The translations under genes were made by a program, and so were the position numbers. DNA of 64,000 nt from NCBI GenBank assembly GCA_963667785.2, contig CAXXMU010000006.1, positions 928,001 through 992,000 of the forward strand, in the 5' to 3' direction. Positions 1 to 10,600 of this stretch are shown here, in pieces. How positions within the stretch are numbered: position 1 is the first letter of the stretch; each line of letters begins with the position of its first letter. This stretch comes from Alphaproteobacteria bacterium. GTDB taxonomy: Bacteria > Pseudomonadota > Alphaproteobacteria > UBA828. The notes beneath the pieces were generated by a model. It did no database searches. It saw nothing but the letters and a program-made list of their open reading frames with translations, and was not told where the DNA came from.

Positions 1-266
1 TGCTTCTCGCGCATGACGGTCTTCATGGAGCTTCCTGCGGGGTGTCTCGGCGTGAGGTGCGGCGGGGTGCCGTCGACCATGGCAGATGCAACGATAGCAC
101 GGTCACACCTCGCACGCAGACTTGCGAGCGCTATTGGTTTCTTCTATCGTTCAAGTTCGTTGTGACCGTGGCGTATCGCTTCAAGTCTTCGGGGTCGTCT
201 CCTCACTGGCACGGTGACACTTGAGGCAACGCCTACCGAACACACTCAGCAGAGGGATTGAGATTC

Positions 267-497
267 ATGTCATCGACGGAAACCCGCCTCAGGACGCTCA
301 TCAACGACAATCTCGACCTGGATCATGAACCGGATTTCGACGCGCGGTTCAGCGACGTCGGCGTTTCTTCGGTGGATGCGATCGCGTTCTTCAAGCTGGT
401 CAATCAGGAATTCGACCTCGGGTTGGTAGCGGAAGAATGCACGCAGTTCGCAACCCTGCGCGACCTCGTAAGCTTCATCGACGCGCGCGCGGGCTGA
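267..497 (+). CDS. supB: Free-standing acyl carrier protein, SupB-like
   Basis: 76-aa acidic protein; 'FSDVGVSSVDAIAF' phosphopantetheine-Ser motif and 'FATLRDLVSFI' ACP C-terminus; next to a SupA-like PKS. ATG at 267 preferred over TTG at 258. Confidence 0.8.
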   Translation: MSSTETRLRTLINDNLDLDHEPDFDARFSDVGVSSVDAIAFFKLVNQEFDLGLVAEECTQFATLRDLVSFIDARAG

Positions 498-556
498 ACG
501 CCGCGCGTCAAGCGCGAGCATTCGACCGATTACCTCCAGCGTAACGTGAGCGAGAC

Positions 557-591
557 CGGCCGCCTCCAGTTTCGGGGGCGGCCGTCGTTTC
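557..591 (+). terminator. Hairpin, possible intrinsic terminator after the ACP gene
   Basis: cggccgcctcc-agtttc-gggggcggccg followed by tcgtttc. Confidence 0.4.
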
Positions 592-672
592 TCGTACCCG
601 GCCGGCGCGGGCGCATTTGATGCCGGTCCTCTCTCCACGGAGCACTGCCGCCCGCCAATCGCTCAGCGTGCC

Positions 673-1572
673 ATGACGACCGACGCGGTGTACGAGCTCC
701 CCGAGCCTCTATCGGTGCTCGATGTCCGTCTCGACGCCGATACCGTCACCACCCTGCGTCAGCACGGCAATCCGTCCGGCCCGCGAATCGTCGTGAGCCA
801 CGGCAGCGGGCTCGCCGTCGATCTCTATTTCCCGTTCTGGTCGTTGCTCGCGGACGATTTCGACCTGATGGTCTACGACCTCAGGAACCACGGCTGGAAT
901 GACGTCGGCGCCCAAAGGCACCACAACATTCCGACCCTGATTCACGATCACGATCTAATTCTCGAGGCCATCGACCGCGACTATGGCAGCAAGCCGACCA
1001 TCGGCATCTTTCACTCCCTCACCACGCTCGTCGCCCTTCTTTCGTTCAGCAAGCTCTATGCCGCACTGGTTCTGTTCGACCCGCCCCTCACCAAGCCCGG
1101 CGAGAGTCAGATAGAGCTTCACGATGCTGCCGAGCGCGCGGCCGCCATGATTCGGAAGCGAGGGCATCGCTTCAAGAAGCGGGAGGACTATGTCCAACTG
1201 CTCGGCATTTTCCCGACCTTCAAGCGAGCCGTTCCCGGCGTGCACGAGCTCATGGCGCAGACGACGCTTCGGCCATCCGCAAGCGGCGAGGAATTCGAGC
1301 TTCGCTGCCCGCGCGAATACGAAGCGCAGCTCATGGACTATGCGCGGAGCTTCTTCCCGCTGCTGGATCTCGACCTGCTTGCCTGCCCCACGAAAATCAT
1401 CGGCGCGGACCCGACGCTTCCGCACGCGTATCTGCCGACGCTCGATCAGCGGGTGGCCTCGGCCATGGACTACGATTTCATCCCGGAGGCGACGCACTTT
1501 CTTCAACTGGAAAAGCCTGCCGAGTGCGTGGCCGTGACCCGCGAGTTCATCGCGCGGCACGGGCTCTCCTAG
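673..1572 (+). CDS. Alpha/beta-hydrolase of the sup-cluster type (SupD/SupE-like)
   Basis: 'VVSHGSG', 'YDLRNHG', nucleophile elbow 'IFHSL', 'LVLFDPP', catalytic His in 'THFLQLEKP'; convergent with supA. Confidence 0.85.
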   Translation: MTTDAVYELPEPLSVLDVRLDADTVTTLRQHGNPSGPRIVVSHGSGLAVDLYFPFWSLLADDFDLMVYDLRNHGWNDVGAQRHHNIPTLIHDHDLILEAIDRDYGSKPTIGIFHSLTTLVALLSFSKLYAALVLFDPPLTKPGESQIELHDAAERAAAMIRKRGHRFKKREDYVQLLGIFPTFKRAVPGVHELMAQTTLRPSASGEEFELRCPREYEAQLMDYARSFFPLLDLDLLACPTKIIGADPTLPHAYLPTLDQRVASAMDYDFIPEATHFLQLEKPAECVAVTREFIARHGLS

Positions 1573-1615
1573 GGCGGGTTCGAGCGTCGCTCCGGCCGCC
1601 GCACGAGGAGCACGC

Positions 1616-4600
1616 TCAGGCCGGGGCCGCCGCCTGCGTCCCGAGCTTCCTGAGCCAGTGGCGCCGCCGCTGGAAGGGATAGCCTGGCAGCGAGATGCGG
1701 CGCCGCGTCTCGCCCGCAAACAGCCCCGCGAAGGAAACCGGCAGCCCCGCCTCGTAGGCGGCGGCCACCGCGGCCACGAACCCTGTGTCTCCTGATGCCG
1801 ACCGCCCGGACTCGCCGGCAGGCGGCGGGGTCAGGCTTGCGCTCGTCGTCGGCGCATTCGCCGAAGCCGGCCAGGCGCCGGCGAGCGCCGGTCCCAGCGC
1901 CGCTTGCGGGCCGAGCTCGATGACCACGTCTGCGCCCAGCGCCGCCAGGGCGCCCGCGCAACGCTCGAGCGGCGCCCGCTCCCGCGCCTGCCGCTCCCAG
2001 TACGCCGCATCCGGCGCAGTGCCGGGCTCGACCGGCCGGCCTGTCGCACCGCTTATCAGGCCGATCGAGGGCGGCGCGAGCGCGACACCCTCCAGCGCCG
2101 CTTCCGGATCGTCGCCTGCCGCGAGCCGCAGCCCGTCCTCGAGGCCCAGCACGCCGGCGGCCTGCGCCGCCGCGATCTCGCCTGCGCCCTCGCCGGCCAC
2201 CGCGCTCGGCCGGATGCCCACGCTCGACCAGAGCGCCATGAGCGCACACGCCAGCGCGTAAGTCGCGGGCCGCGACCATGCGGGGTCCTCCAGGGCGTTC
2301 GCCGGGCCGGACCGGGCGAACATCGCGTCGAGCAACGAGGCGCCCCGCGCCTCGCCAAGCGCCGCCTCGCAGCGGTCGAGCACCGCCCGCACCACCGGCT
2401 CGCTCTCGTAGAGCGCCTTGCCCATGCCCTGCCACTGGCTGCCCTCGCCGGGATAGACGAACGCGACCTTCCCCACGGTCGCCGTCTTCGCGGCTCCCCC
2501 GGTGCCCGCCACCGCCGTCAGTCGTTCCCGCAATGACGCCGCGTCGCAAAACACCACGCCCGCGCGACAAGCAAGATGGCTCCGCCCCACGCCTGCCGTC
2601 CATGCCATGTCCGAGAGCAGCGGACCGGAGGCGGCAGCGTCCGCCGCCAGATCGCCGGCGTGGTCGTCGAGCCACGCCAGATACCGCCCGGCCAGCGCCC
2701 TGACCGCCTCCTCGGACTTGCCCGAGAGCGGCAGAATACGGGTATCGCGCCCGGCGGACGCATCGTCCTCCGGCGACGGTTCCGCGACGGACTCCGGCAG
2801 GGAGGCCGCGACCGGCCGCGCCGGCCCCGCCGGCAGGTGCCCGTTCTCGCGTGGGCCGGCGGCGCCCTCGGCATCGGCGTATCCCTCCAGCACGACGTGG
2901 GCGTTCACCCCCGAAATCCCGAATGCGCTGACGCCGGCCCTCGGCGGCCGGTCGGGCGCGCGCGGCCAGTCCGCCGCCTCCGTGGTCACCCGCACCGGCA
3001 GCCGCTCCCACTCTATGAGCGGGCTCGGCGTGCGCAGGTGCAGGTGCTGCGGGATCACCCCCCGCGTCATCGCCAGCACCGCCTTGATGAGGCCGGCAAT
3101 GCCGGCGGCCGATTCGAGATGGCCGATGTTGGTCTTCACCGAGCCGATCAGCAGCGGACGATCGGCATCGCGTCCGCGGCCGTAGACCGCCGCCGCCGCC
3201 TGGACCTCGATGGGATCGCCGAAGGCGGAGCCCGCGCCGTGGGCCTCCAGGTAGTCCACCTCAGCCGGCGAAATGGCGGCCTGGGACAGCGCCTGCTCGA
3301 TCACCCGCTCCTGCGCTGGGCCGTTGGGGACCGTCGCGCCTGCGCTCGCCCCGTTCTGGTTGACCGCGGACCCGCGGATCACCGCCCAGATGCGGTCGCC
3401 GTCCGCTTCCGCCTCGGCGAGCCGCTTGAGGACAACCATCCCGCAGCCCTCGCCCCGCACGAAGCCGTCCGCGGCGGCATCGAAGCTCTTGCACACGCCG
3501 TCCCGCGAGAGCAGCCCGAGATCCGCCATCTCCCGGGTGATGGGGGCCGAGAGCACGGCGCTCACCCCGCCGACCAGGGCGAGGTCAGCCTCGCCGAGGC
3601 GCAGGCTCGTGACCGCCTGGTGCACCGCCACCAGCGACGACGCACAGTTCAGCTCGACCGGCATGGTGGGCCCGGCCAGGCCGAAGCGGAAGGCGAGGCG
3701 GCCGACCGCCATGCTCGCGGCGGTGCTCAGGTAGCCGATGCCGTAGTCGCCGCCCTTCATCAGGTCGCGGTACTCGCTGGTGGCGACACCGGCATAGACG
3801 CCGGTGCTGCTGCCCTTGAGCCCATCCGGATCGATTCCTGCGTCCTCGAGCGCCTGCCAGGTGGTCTCAAGCAGCATCCGCTGCTGCGGGTCCATTATCC
3901 GCGCCTCGATCGGTGAGATTCCGAAGAACCGCGCATCGAACTGATCGATCCCGTCGACGAATCCGGCGCGACCGAAGTCGGCATACTGGGCGGGCAGGTG
4001 CTCGACGAAATCCTCCCAGGGGCCGGCCTCGCGGCGCTCGTCCGTCACGGCATCGGCGCCGGCGTCGAGCTGGTTCCAGAAGCTCGGCAGGTCCGGGCCG
4101 CCGGGAAAGCGGCATGCCATGCCCACGATCGCGATGGCGTCCGCCGTGCCCTCGCCGTCGCGCCGCGCTGCCGCCACGGGCGCTGGCGCGGGCTGCGGCG
4201 CCGGCGCATCCGCTCCGACGATGTCGCCGAGCTCGCCCGTCAGGTGAGCGGCGAGCGCGGCTATGTCGGGGTAGTCGAACACCACGGTGTTGGAGGCCGT
4301 GTAGACGCCCCCGAACGCGCGGTTCAGGCGGTTGCGCAGCTCCACCGCCATCAGGGAATCCATGCCGAGGTCGAAGAACCCCACGGCGGGCGCCGGCGTC
4401 GTCGGCAGCCTCAGCACCGCCTTTACCTCGCCCTGCAGGAACGAGGCGAGCACCTCCTCGCGGGTCGCCGCAGGAGCCTCGCGCAGCCGGGCGAGCAGGT
4501 CGTCGGCGGAGGCATCGTCGGTGCCGTCGTCCGCGCCGTCGGACAGCAGGTCCTCCAGCAGCGGCGGGCGGGTTTCGAGGGATTCGCCGAACGCGACCCA

Positions 4601-7600
4601 GTCGCGCGCCACCACGACGCCGGTGGTGGCGTCCTCGCGCACCAGCCGGTCGAAGGCCCGAAGGCCCTGCTGCGGGGTGATCCACTCGATCCCGCCGGTC
4701 ACGGAGCGCCGGGTCATCCGCTCCCGCTGCTCCTCGGCCTCGCCGATCTCCGACCATGCGCCCCAGGCGATGGCCTGGCCCGGAAGCCCCAGCGCCTGCC
4801 GATGGGCGGCGAGCTGGTCGAGGAAGGCGTTGGCGGCTGCGTGGTTGGCCTGGCCCGGATTGCCGAGAACGCCGGCAACGCTGGAGAACAGCACGAACAT
4901 GTCGAGATCGCGGCCGGCGGTCGCCCGGTGCAGATGCCAGGCCCCCAGCATCTTCGGCCATAGCACCGTCTCGAACGTCTCCCAGCTCTGGTTGCCGATC
5001 GTGGCGTCCGACAGCACGCCGACGCTGTGGATGACGCCTGCGAGCGGCGGCAGGTCGGCGTCCATCCGGGCGAGCATCGCGTCGAGCGCGGCTGCGTCGG
5101 TCACGTCGGCGAGCTCCACCTGCACCGCGGCCCCCTGCCCGCGCAGCGCCTCGATCGCCGCCTCGACCTCGGGCTCGGGCGCCCGCCTGCCGTTGAGCAC
5201 GATGGCGCCGGCGCCGCGCTCCGCGAGCCAGCCGGCCACCGCGATGCCGATGCCGCCCAGCCCGCCGGTCACCAGATAGCTCCGGTCCTCGCGCAGCCGG
5301 CCCCTGGCGAGCGGCGAATTGGTGAAGATGATCTTGCCGATGTGGCGCGCGGCCTGCATGCACTTCATCGCGGACCCCGCCTCGGCCACGGGCCACCTGG
5401 CGTGGAGGAGCGGGGTCAGCTCGCCGGCCTCGAGCCGCGCCATCACGCGTCGCAGGATCTCGCCGGCCTTCGCGGGCTCTTCCTCCTTGAGAACGTCGAT
5501 CATGAGGATGGCGTAGGAGACGTCCGGCCGGAGCGCCGCCATCTCGTCCTCGCTCAGGATGTCCACCCTGCCCATTTCCACGAAGCGTCCGGCCTTGGCG
5601 AGGCACGAGAGGCTCGCCTCGATGTAGCCCTCGCCGGTCAGGCTGTTCAGCACCATGTCGACGCCGACGCCGCCCGTGGCCTCGAGGATGTCGCTGCCGA
5701 ACGCCGTCGTGCGGCTGTCGAATACGTGCGCCACGCCGAGCGAGCGCAGATAGTCGCGCTTGCGTGCGCTCGCGGTGGCGAACACCTCCGCGCCCGCCGC
5801 TTGGGCAAGCTGGATCGCCGCCAGCCCCACGCCGCCTGCGCCGGCATGAACCAGCACCCGGTCGCCGGCGTTCAGACCCGAAAGCTCGAACGAGAGCGCC
5901 GCCGAGACGAACGCCGTCGGGATCGTCGCAAGCTCGGTGACCGAGAACCCGGCCGGCGCCGGCACGATCATCTTTTCCAGGGTCACCGTCTCCGAGCCGT
6001 AGTTGCGGAAGGTCATGCCGACGACGCGGTCGCCCACGGCGACGCTCGTGACTCCCTCTCCCACCTCCAGCACCCGGCCGCAGAACTCGCCGCCCATGAA
6101 ATCGTCGACCAGGCCAATGGCGATGAACACGTCGCGGAAGTTGAGGCCGAAGGCCTCGATCGCGGCGCGGACCTCCCCCGGCTCCAGCGGCCGCTCCGGC
6201 ACCGGCACCACCTGAATGGCGTCGAGCGAGCCGCCGGCATCGGGCGCGAGCTCCCATCCCGGCTCCTCCGGCAGCGCCAGCCGGTCCGCGACGGCGGCGG
6301 CGCGGACCAGTCGGGCGCATTGGCGGCGGCCGAAGCGATAGGCGATGTGGGTCTCGTCATCGGGATAGAGCAGTTCGGTCGCGAGGTCGGTCGGCACCCA
6401 CGCATCGGCGGGATCGAGGTCGAGCATCCTCGGCTGCAGCCGGGGCGCTTCCCGCGCCGCCACCTTGCCCAGGCCCCAGAGCGTGGCGCCGGCCAGCTCG
6501 CCGCCGCGCTCCCGCTCCAGCACCTGAGCGCCGCGCGTCACGAACCAGAGGCCCTTCGACGGCGCCAGGTCGCTCTCAGCCAGCGCCTGCGTCAGCGCGA
6601 GCGCGCTTGCCGCCACGTGCTGCGCATCGGCCGCCATCTCGGCCGTGGTCGCCTGCGTGCCGTGGCCGTCCAGCCCGGCGAGATGCACCACGCCGGCAAG
6701 CGGCGGGTCGGCCGGCAGGTCGTCGAGCAGCGCGCGCCAGGAATCGCGATTCTCCGCCTCCACGGATTCGCTTGCGACACCGCTCGCCGCGTCCTCAGCG
6801 GCGCCGCGCGGGGCATCTCCGGCCAGCACCACCCGCTGGTTGTGCGCCGCCAGCTCGCGGGCCAACCCGTCCGCGACACCGCCCCGGTCGGCGGCCAGCA
6901 CCCAGACGCCGGGCGCCTCCGTCACCTCCGCCGGCCCCTGTGCCACGATCACGCCGCGGTCGGGGTTGGCGTCGGGGTCGGACTCGTCGAAGCCCAGGAT
7001 GGCCACGTCGCCGAAGCCGGCGTCGCCGAGGGCCTGCCGCCACACGGCAGGCGTCGCCAGCGCATGGTGCGGGCGGTAGTCGTCGGCGAAGCGCCACCAG
7101 CCGTCGAGCTGGCCGAAGGTCAGGTCCAGCCAGCCCTGGCTGCGCAGGTTCTCCAGCGCCACGAGCTGGCCGGAGGGCGCCAGCAGCGCGAGGCAGTGCG
7201 CCAGCGTCTCGTTCAGGTAGCGCGTGGCGTGCAGCACGTTGGACGCGATCACCAGGTCGTAGCCGTGGGCGTCGAAGCCCTGCTCCAACGGGTCCTTCTC
7301 GATGTCCAGCACCCGGTAGTCGATCGCCGCCTCGGCACCGCCGAAGCGCGATTCCGCCTCGGAGAAGAAGCCGGCGGAGATGTCCGTATAGATGAAGTCG
7401 TAGCCGCCAGCGGGAAGCTCGGGCAGCACCGCGGCGGTCGCCGAGCCGGTGCCGGCGCCCACCTCCAGCACCCGGAGCCGGCGCCCCGCCGGCAGGTCGC
7501 GCAACAGAGTCGCCGTCGCGTCCGCCAGCATCCGGTTCGCCGCGCGGGCCACCGGCGCCTTCAGGTAGAGATCGGCCGCCGTCGGCTCGCCGCTGCTGAA

Positions 7601-10600
7601 GAGCAGCGTGAGCGCATCCGCCTCGCCGCGCAGCACGTCCGCGAGCGCATTGGCGCTGCGCCGAAACAGCCCGATCTCGTTCGAGCCGTGGGCGTATTGC
7701 GCCGCCATCCGGCCCGCGAGGGTTTCCGTGTCGTCCGGCATGCCGTCGGGCAGCGGGTCTTCGGAGCCGACCGCAACGACGAACGCGCCGTCCGGCTCCT
7801 CCGTCAGCACGCCCGTCCTGGCCTGCATCTCGAGCAGCCGGCGGAAAAGGCGTACGTGCTCGTCACCCACCTTCAGCCTTTGCCGCAGGTCCTCGGAGTC
7901 CACCGACGCGCCGGCCTCCCGCTGCCAGCCGAGCCTGTCGAGCGTGGCCAGCGCATAGGCGTGCGACAGTTGCTCCAGGTCCGCCAGCAGGGCGGCCCGA
8001 TCGTCGGCCCCGACGCCCTCGTTCGCCAGATAGGCGGTGAAGAGGTCGGTCTCGGCCGTAACGTCGGATGGCGCGGTGAGGAAGTCGGCCGGCAGCACGC
8101 CGGGTGCCAGCGCGGCATCGCGCCAGACGACCTCGTAGAGAAGCTCGTCGATCCCTTCCACGGCCGCGAGCAGCGCCGCACGCGTCGCGCGCTTCACGGT
8201 GAAGCCGGCCAGCACCCCGATCGGCGCCCCGTCCGGCTCGTAGAGCAGGAGATCTGCGGCCTGGACCTCCGGCACGTCCCCGTTCTCCGCTTCCGCCGCC
8301 GCGCCCTCCGGGCCTTCCTTCATGCGCACGTGGCAGATCAGCCGCTCCGGCAGGCGGGCGGGCAGCCGGAGCCCGTCCCACGCGAAGGGTAGATAGGTGA
8401 TCCCCTCCTCGCCGCCATCGGCGCTGCGCGCCGCTCCGAAGACCTGGAAGCAGCCGTCCAGCAGCAGCGGATGCACGTCGAGCGCGCCGCTCTCCAGATC
8501 CGCCGGCAGCGCGACCTCGGCGATGGCCTCGCCCGGCCGCGCCCAGAGCGCCTCGATCGTGCGGAAGGACGGGCCGAGGTCGATCCCGACCGAGGCCTTG
8601 GCGCGGTAGTAGCCCGAGAGATCCACCGGCGAGAGAGCGGCCTTCAGGCCCTCGACATCGAGCGGGGCCGCGGCCGGCGCCGGGCCGGGCGGGCCGTCCG
8701 GGATGCGGCCCTCCGCGTGCAGTGTCCATCCGTCCTCGCCCTCGCCTCGGCTGAGGATGCGGACGCGACGCGACGCGCCGTCCTCATGGCCGTCGAGCAG
8801 CACCTGCACCCGCCGGCCCGCATCGGCGGCCCCGTCCTCGGCGTCTTCGTCCGGGAAGACCAGCGCGCTCTGCATCTGGAAGTCGTCGACGACCACCGCC
8901 TCGCTGCCCTCGGCGAGGGAGGCCGCCGCGGCCATGGCGCCATAGAGCGCGCCCGGCGCGATCAGCCGGCCGAAGACCCGATGGTCGGCGAGCCACGCCG
9001 GATCGGAGGGGAAGATTTCGGTGTCGAACGCGATCTCGCCGCTGGCGGACTCGTGGCGGCTGCCGAGCAACGGGTGGTCGCTTGCCTGCCGGCGCCGCTT
9101 CGGCATCTCGATCCAGTGCCGCTCGCGCTGGAACGGATAGCCCGGCAGCGCGACGCGGCGGCGCGTCTCGCCCGCGAAGAGCCCCGGAAATTCGAGCGGG
9201 AGCCCGGCTTCGTAGGCGCCCGCGACGGCGTCTGCGAAGCCGCCGCCGGAGCCCGGCGCCGGCGGCTCCTCGTCCTTCGACGGCCGAACGAGGCTCGAGA
9301 GGACCACCGGCGCGGGCCCGGCCGCCTCCGGCCACGCCATGGTCGTCATCGGCCCGAGCACGGCGTGGGGGCCGATCTCGATGACCGCATCCACGCCGAG
9401 CTCCGCCAGCGTCTCGATGCAGCCGCGGAAGGCCACCGTCTCGCGGGCCTGACGCCGCCAGTACGCCGCATCCGGCGCCTCGCCCTCTCCCAGCGGCCGG
9501 CCTGTCAGGTTGCTGACGAAGGTGAGCGACGGCGGCTGGAACGCGATCGTCGAGATCGCGGCTTCCAGATCGCCGAGTGCCGGCTCGATCATGGCGCTGT
9601 GGTAGGCCGGGCTCTTGCGCAGCCGCGCGACGCGCACCTCGTCGGCCTCGAAGCGCGCGAGCAGCGCCTCGATACCCGTCTTGGGCCCGCTCACCACCTG
9701 GTGGGCGCCATTGTCCGCGGCGATGCTGATGTCCGGCCCGTCGGAGGTCGCGTTCTGCTCGTCCAGCACCGGGGCGATGCGCGAAGCGGGCGCGAAGACG
9801 GCAGCCATGGCGCCCTCGCCGGGCAGCGCACCAATGAGGCTTCCCCGCGCCGCGGCGAAGCGCAGGCCCTCCTCCAGACCGAAGACGCCTGCGGTGTGCG
9901 CCGCCGCGATCTCCCCCAGGCTGTGCCCGATCACCACGTCCGGCCGGATGCCGATGCTGGCCCAGAGCGCCGCGAGCGCGCATTCGAGCGCGTAGATCGC
10001 CGGCTGCTTCCACTGCGGATCGTCCAAATCGCCTACAGCGCCGGGCCGGCCGAACATCACATCGAGCAGCGAGGCGCCGGCGCGGTCCTCCGCCAGCAGA
10101 GCGTCGCAGCGGTCGAGCACCGCGCGCACCACCGGCTCGCTGGCATAGAGCGCCGCGCCCATGCCGGGCCACTGGCTGGCCTGGCCGGTGTAGGCGAACG
10201 CGACCCTGGCCGCCGTCTGCGGGGCCGCCGGTTCGTCTCCCTCCTGCAGCGCCGCCAGGCCAACTCGCAGCGAGCCGTCGTCCTGGAACACCACGCCCCT
10301 GCGGTGGCTGAAGTGGCTGCGGCCCGCGGCAGCCGTCCAGGCCATGTCGGCGAGCGCGTCCGCGCCGGCGGCAGGCACGCCCGCCCACTCGTCGAGCCAC
10401 GCGAGATACCGCCCCGCGAGCGCGCGAAGCGCCCCGTCCGACTTGCCGGAGAGGGGCAGGACGCGTGTCAAGCGCGGGGCGGGCGCCGGCTCGGCCGTCG
10501 TCTCGCCGGCCACCGACGCCGGCAGGGAGATCGGGACCGCCTGCGCCGCGCCGACCGCCTCATGACCGTCGGCTGGCCGGGGCGGGGCGCCGTTCGGGGC

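Noticed and set aside
1-26. Start of a minus-strand ORF (MKTVMREK...) running off the window
   Set aside because: Too little sequence to identify
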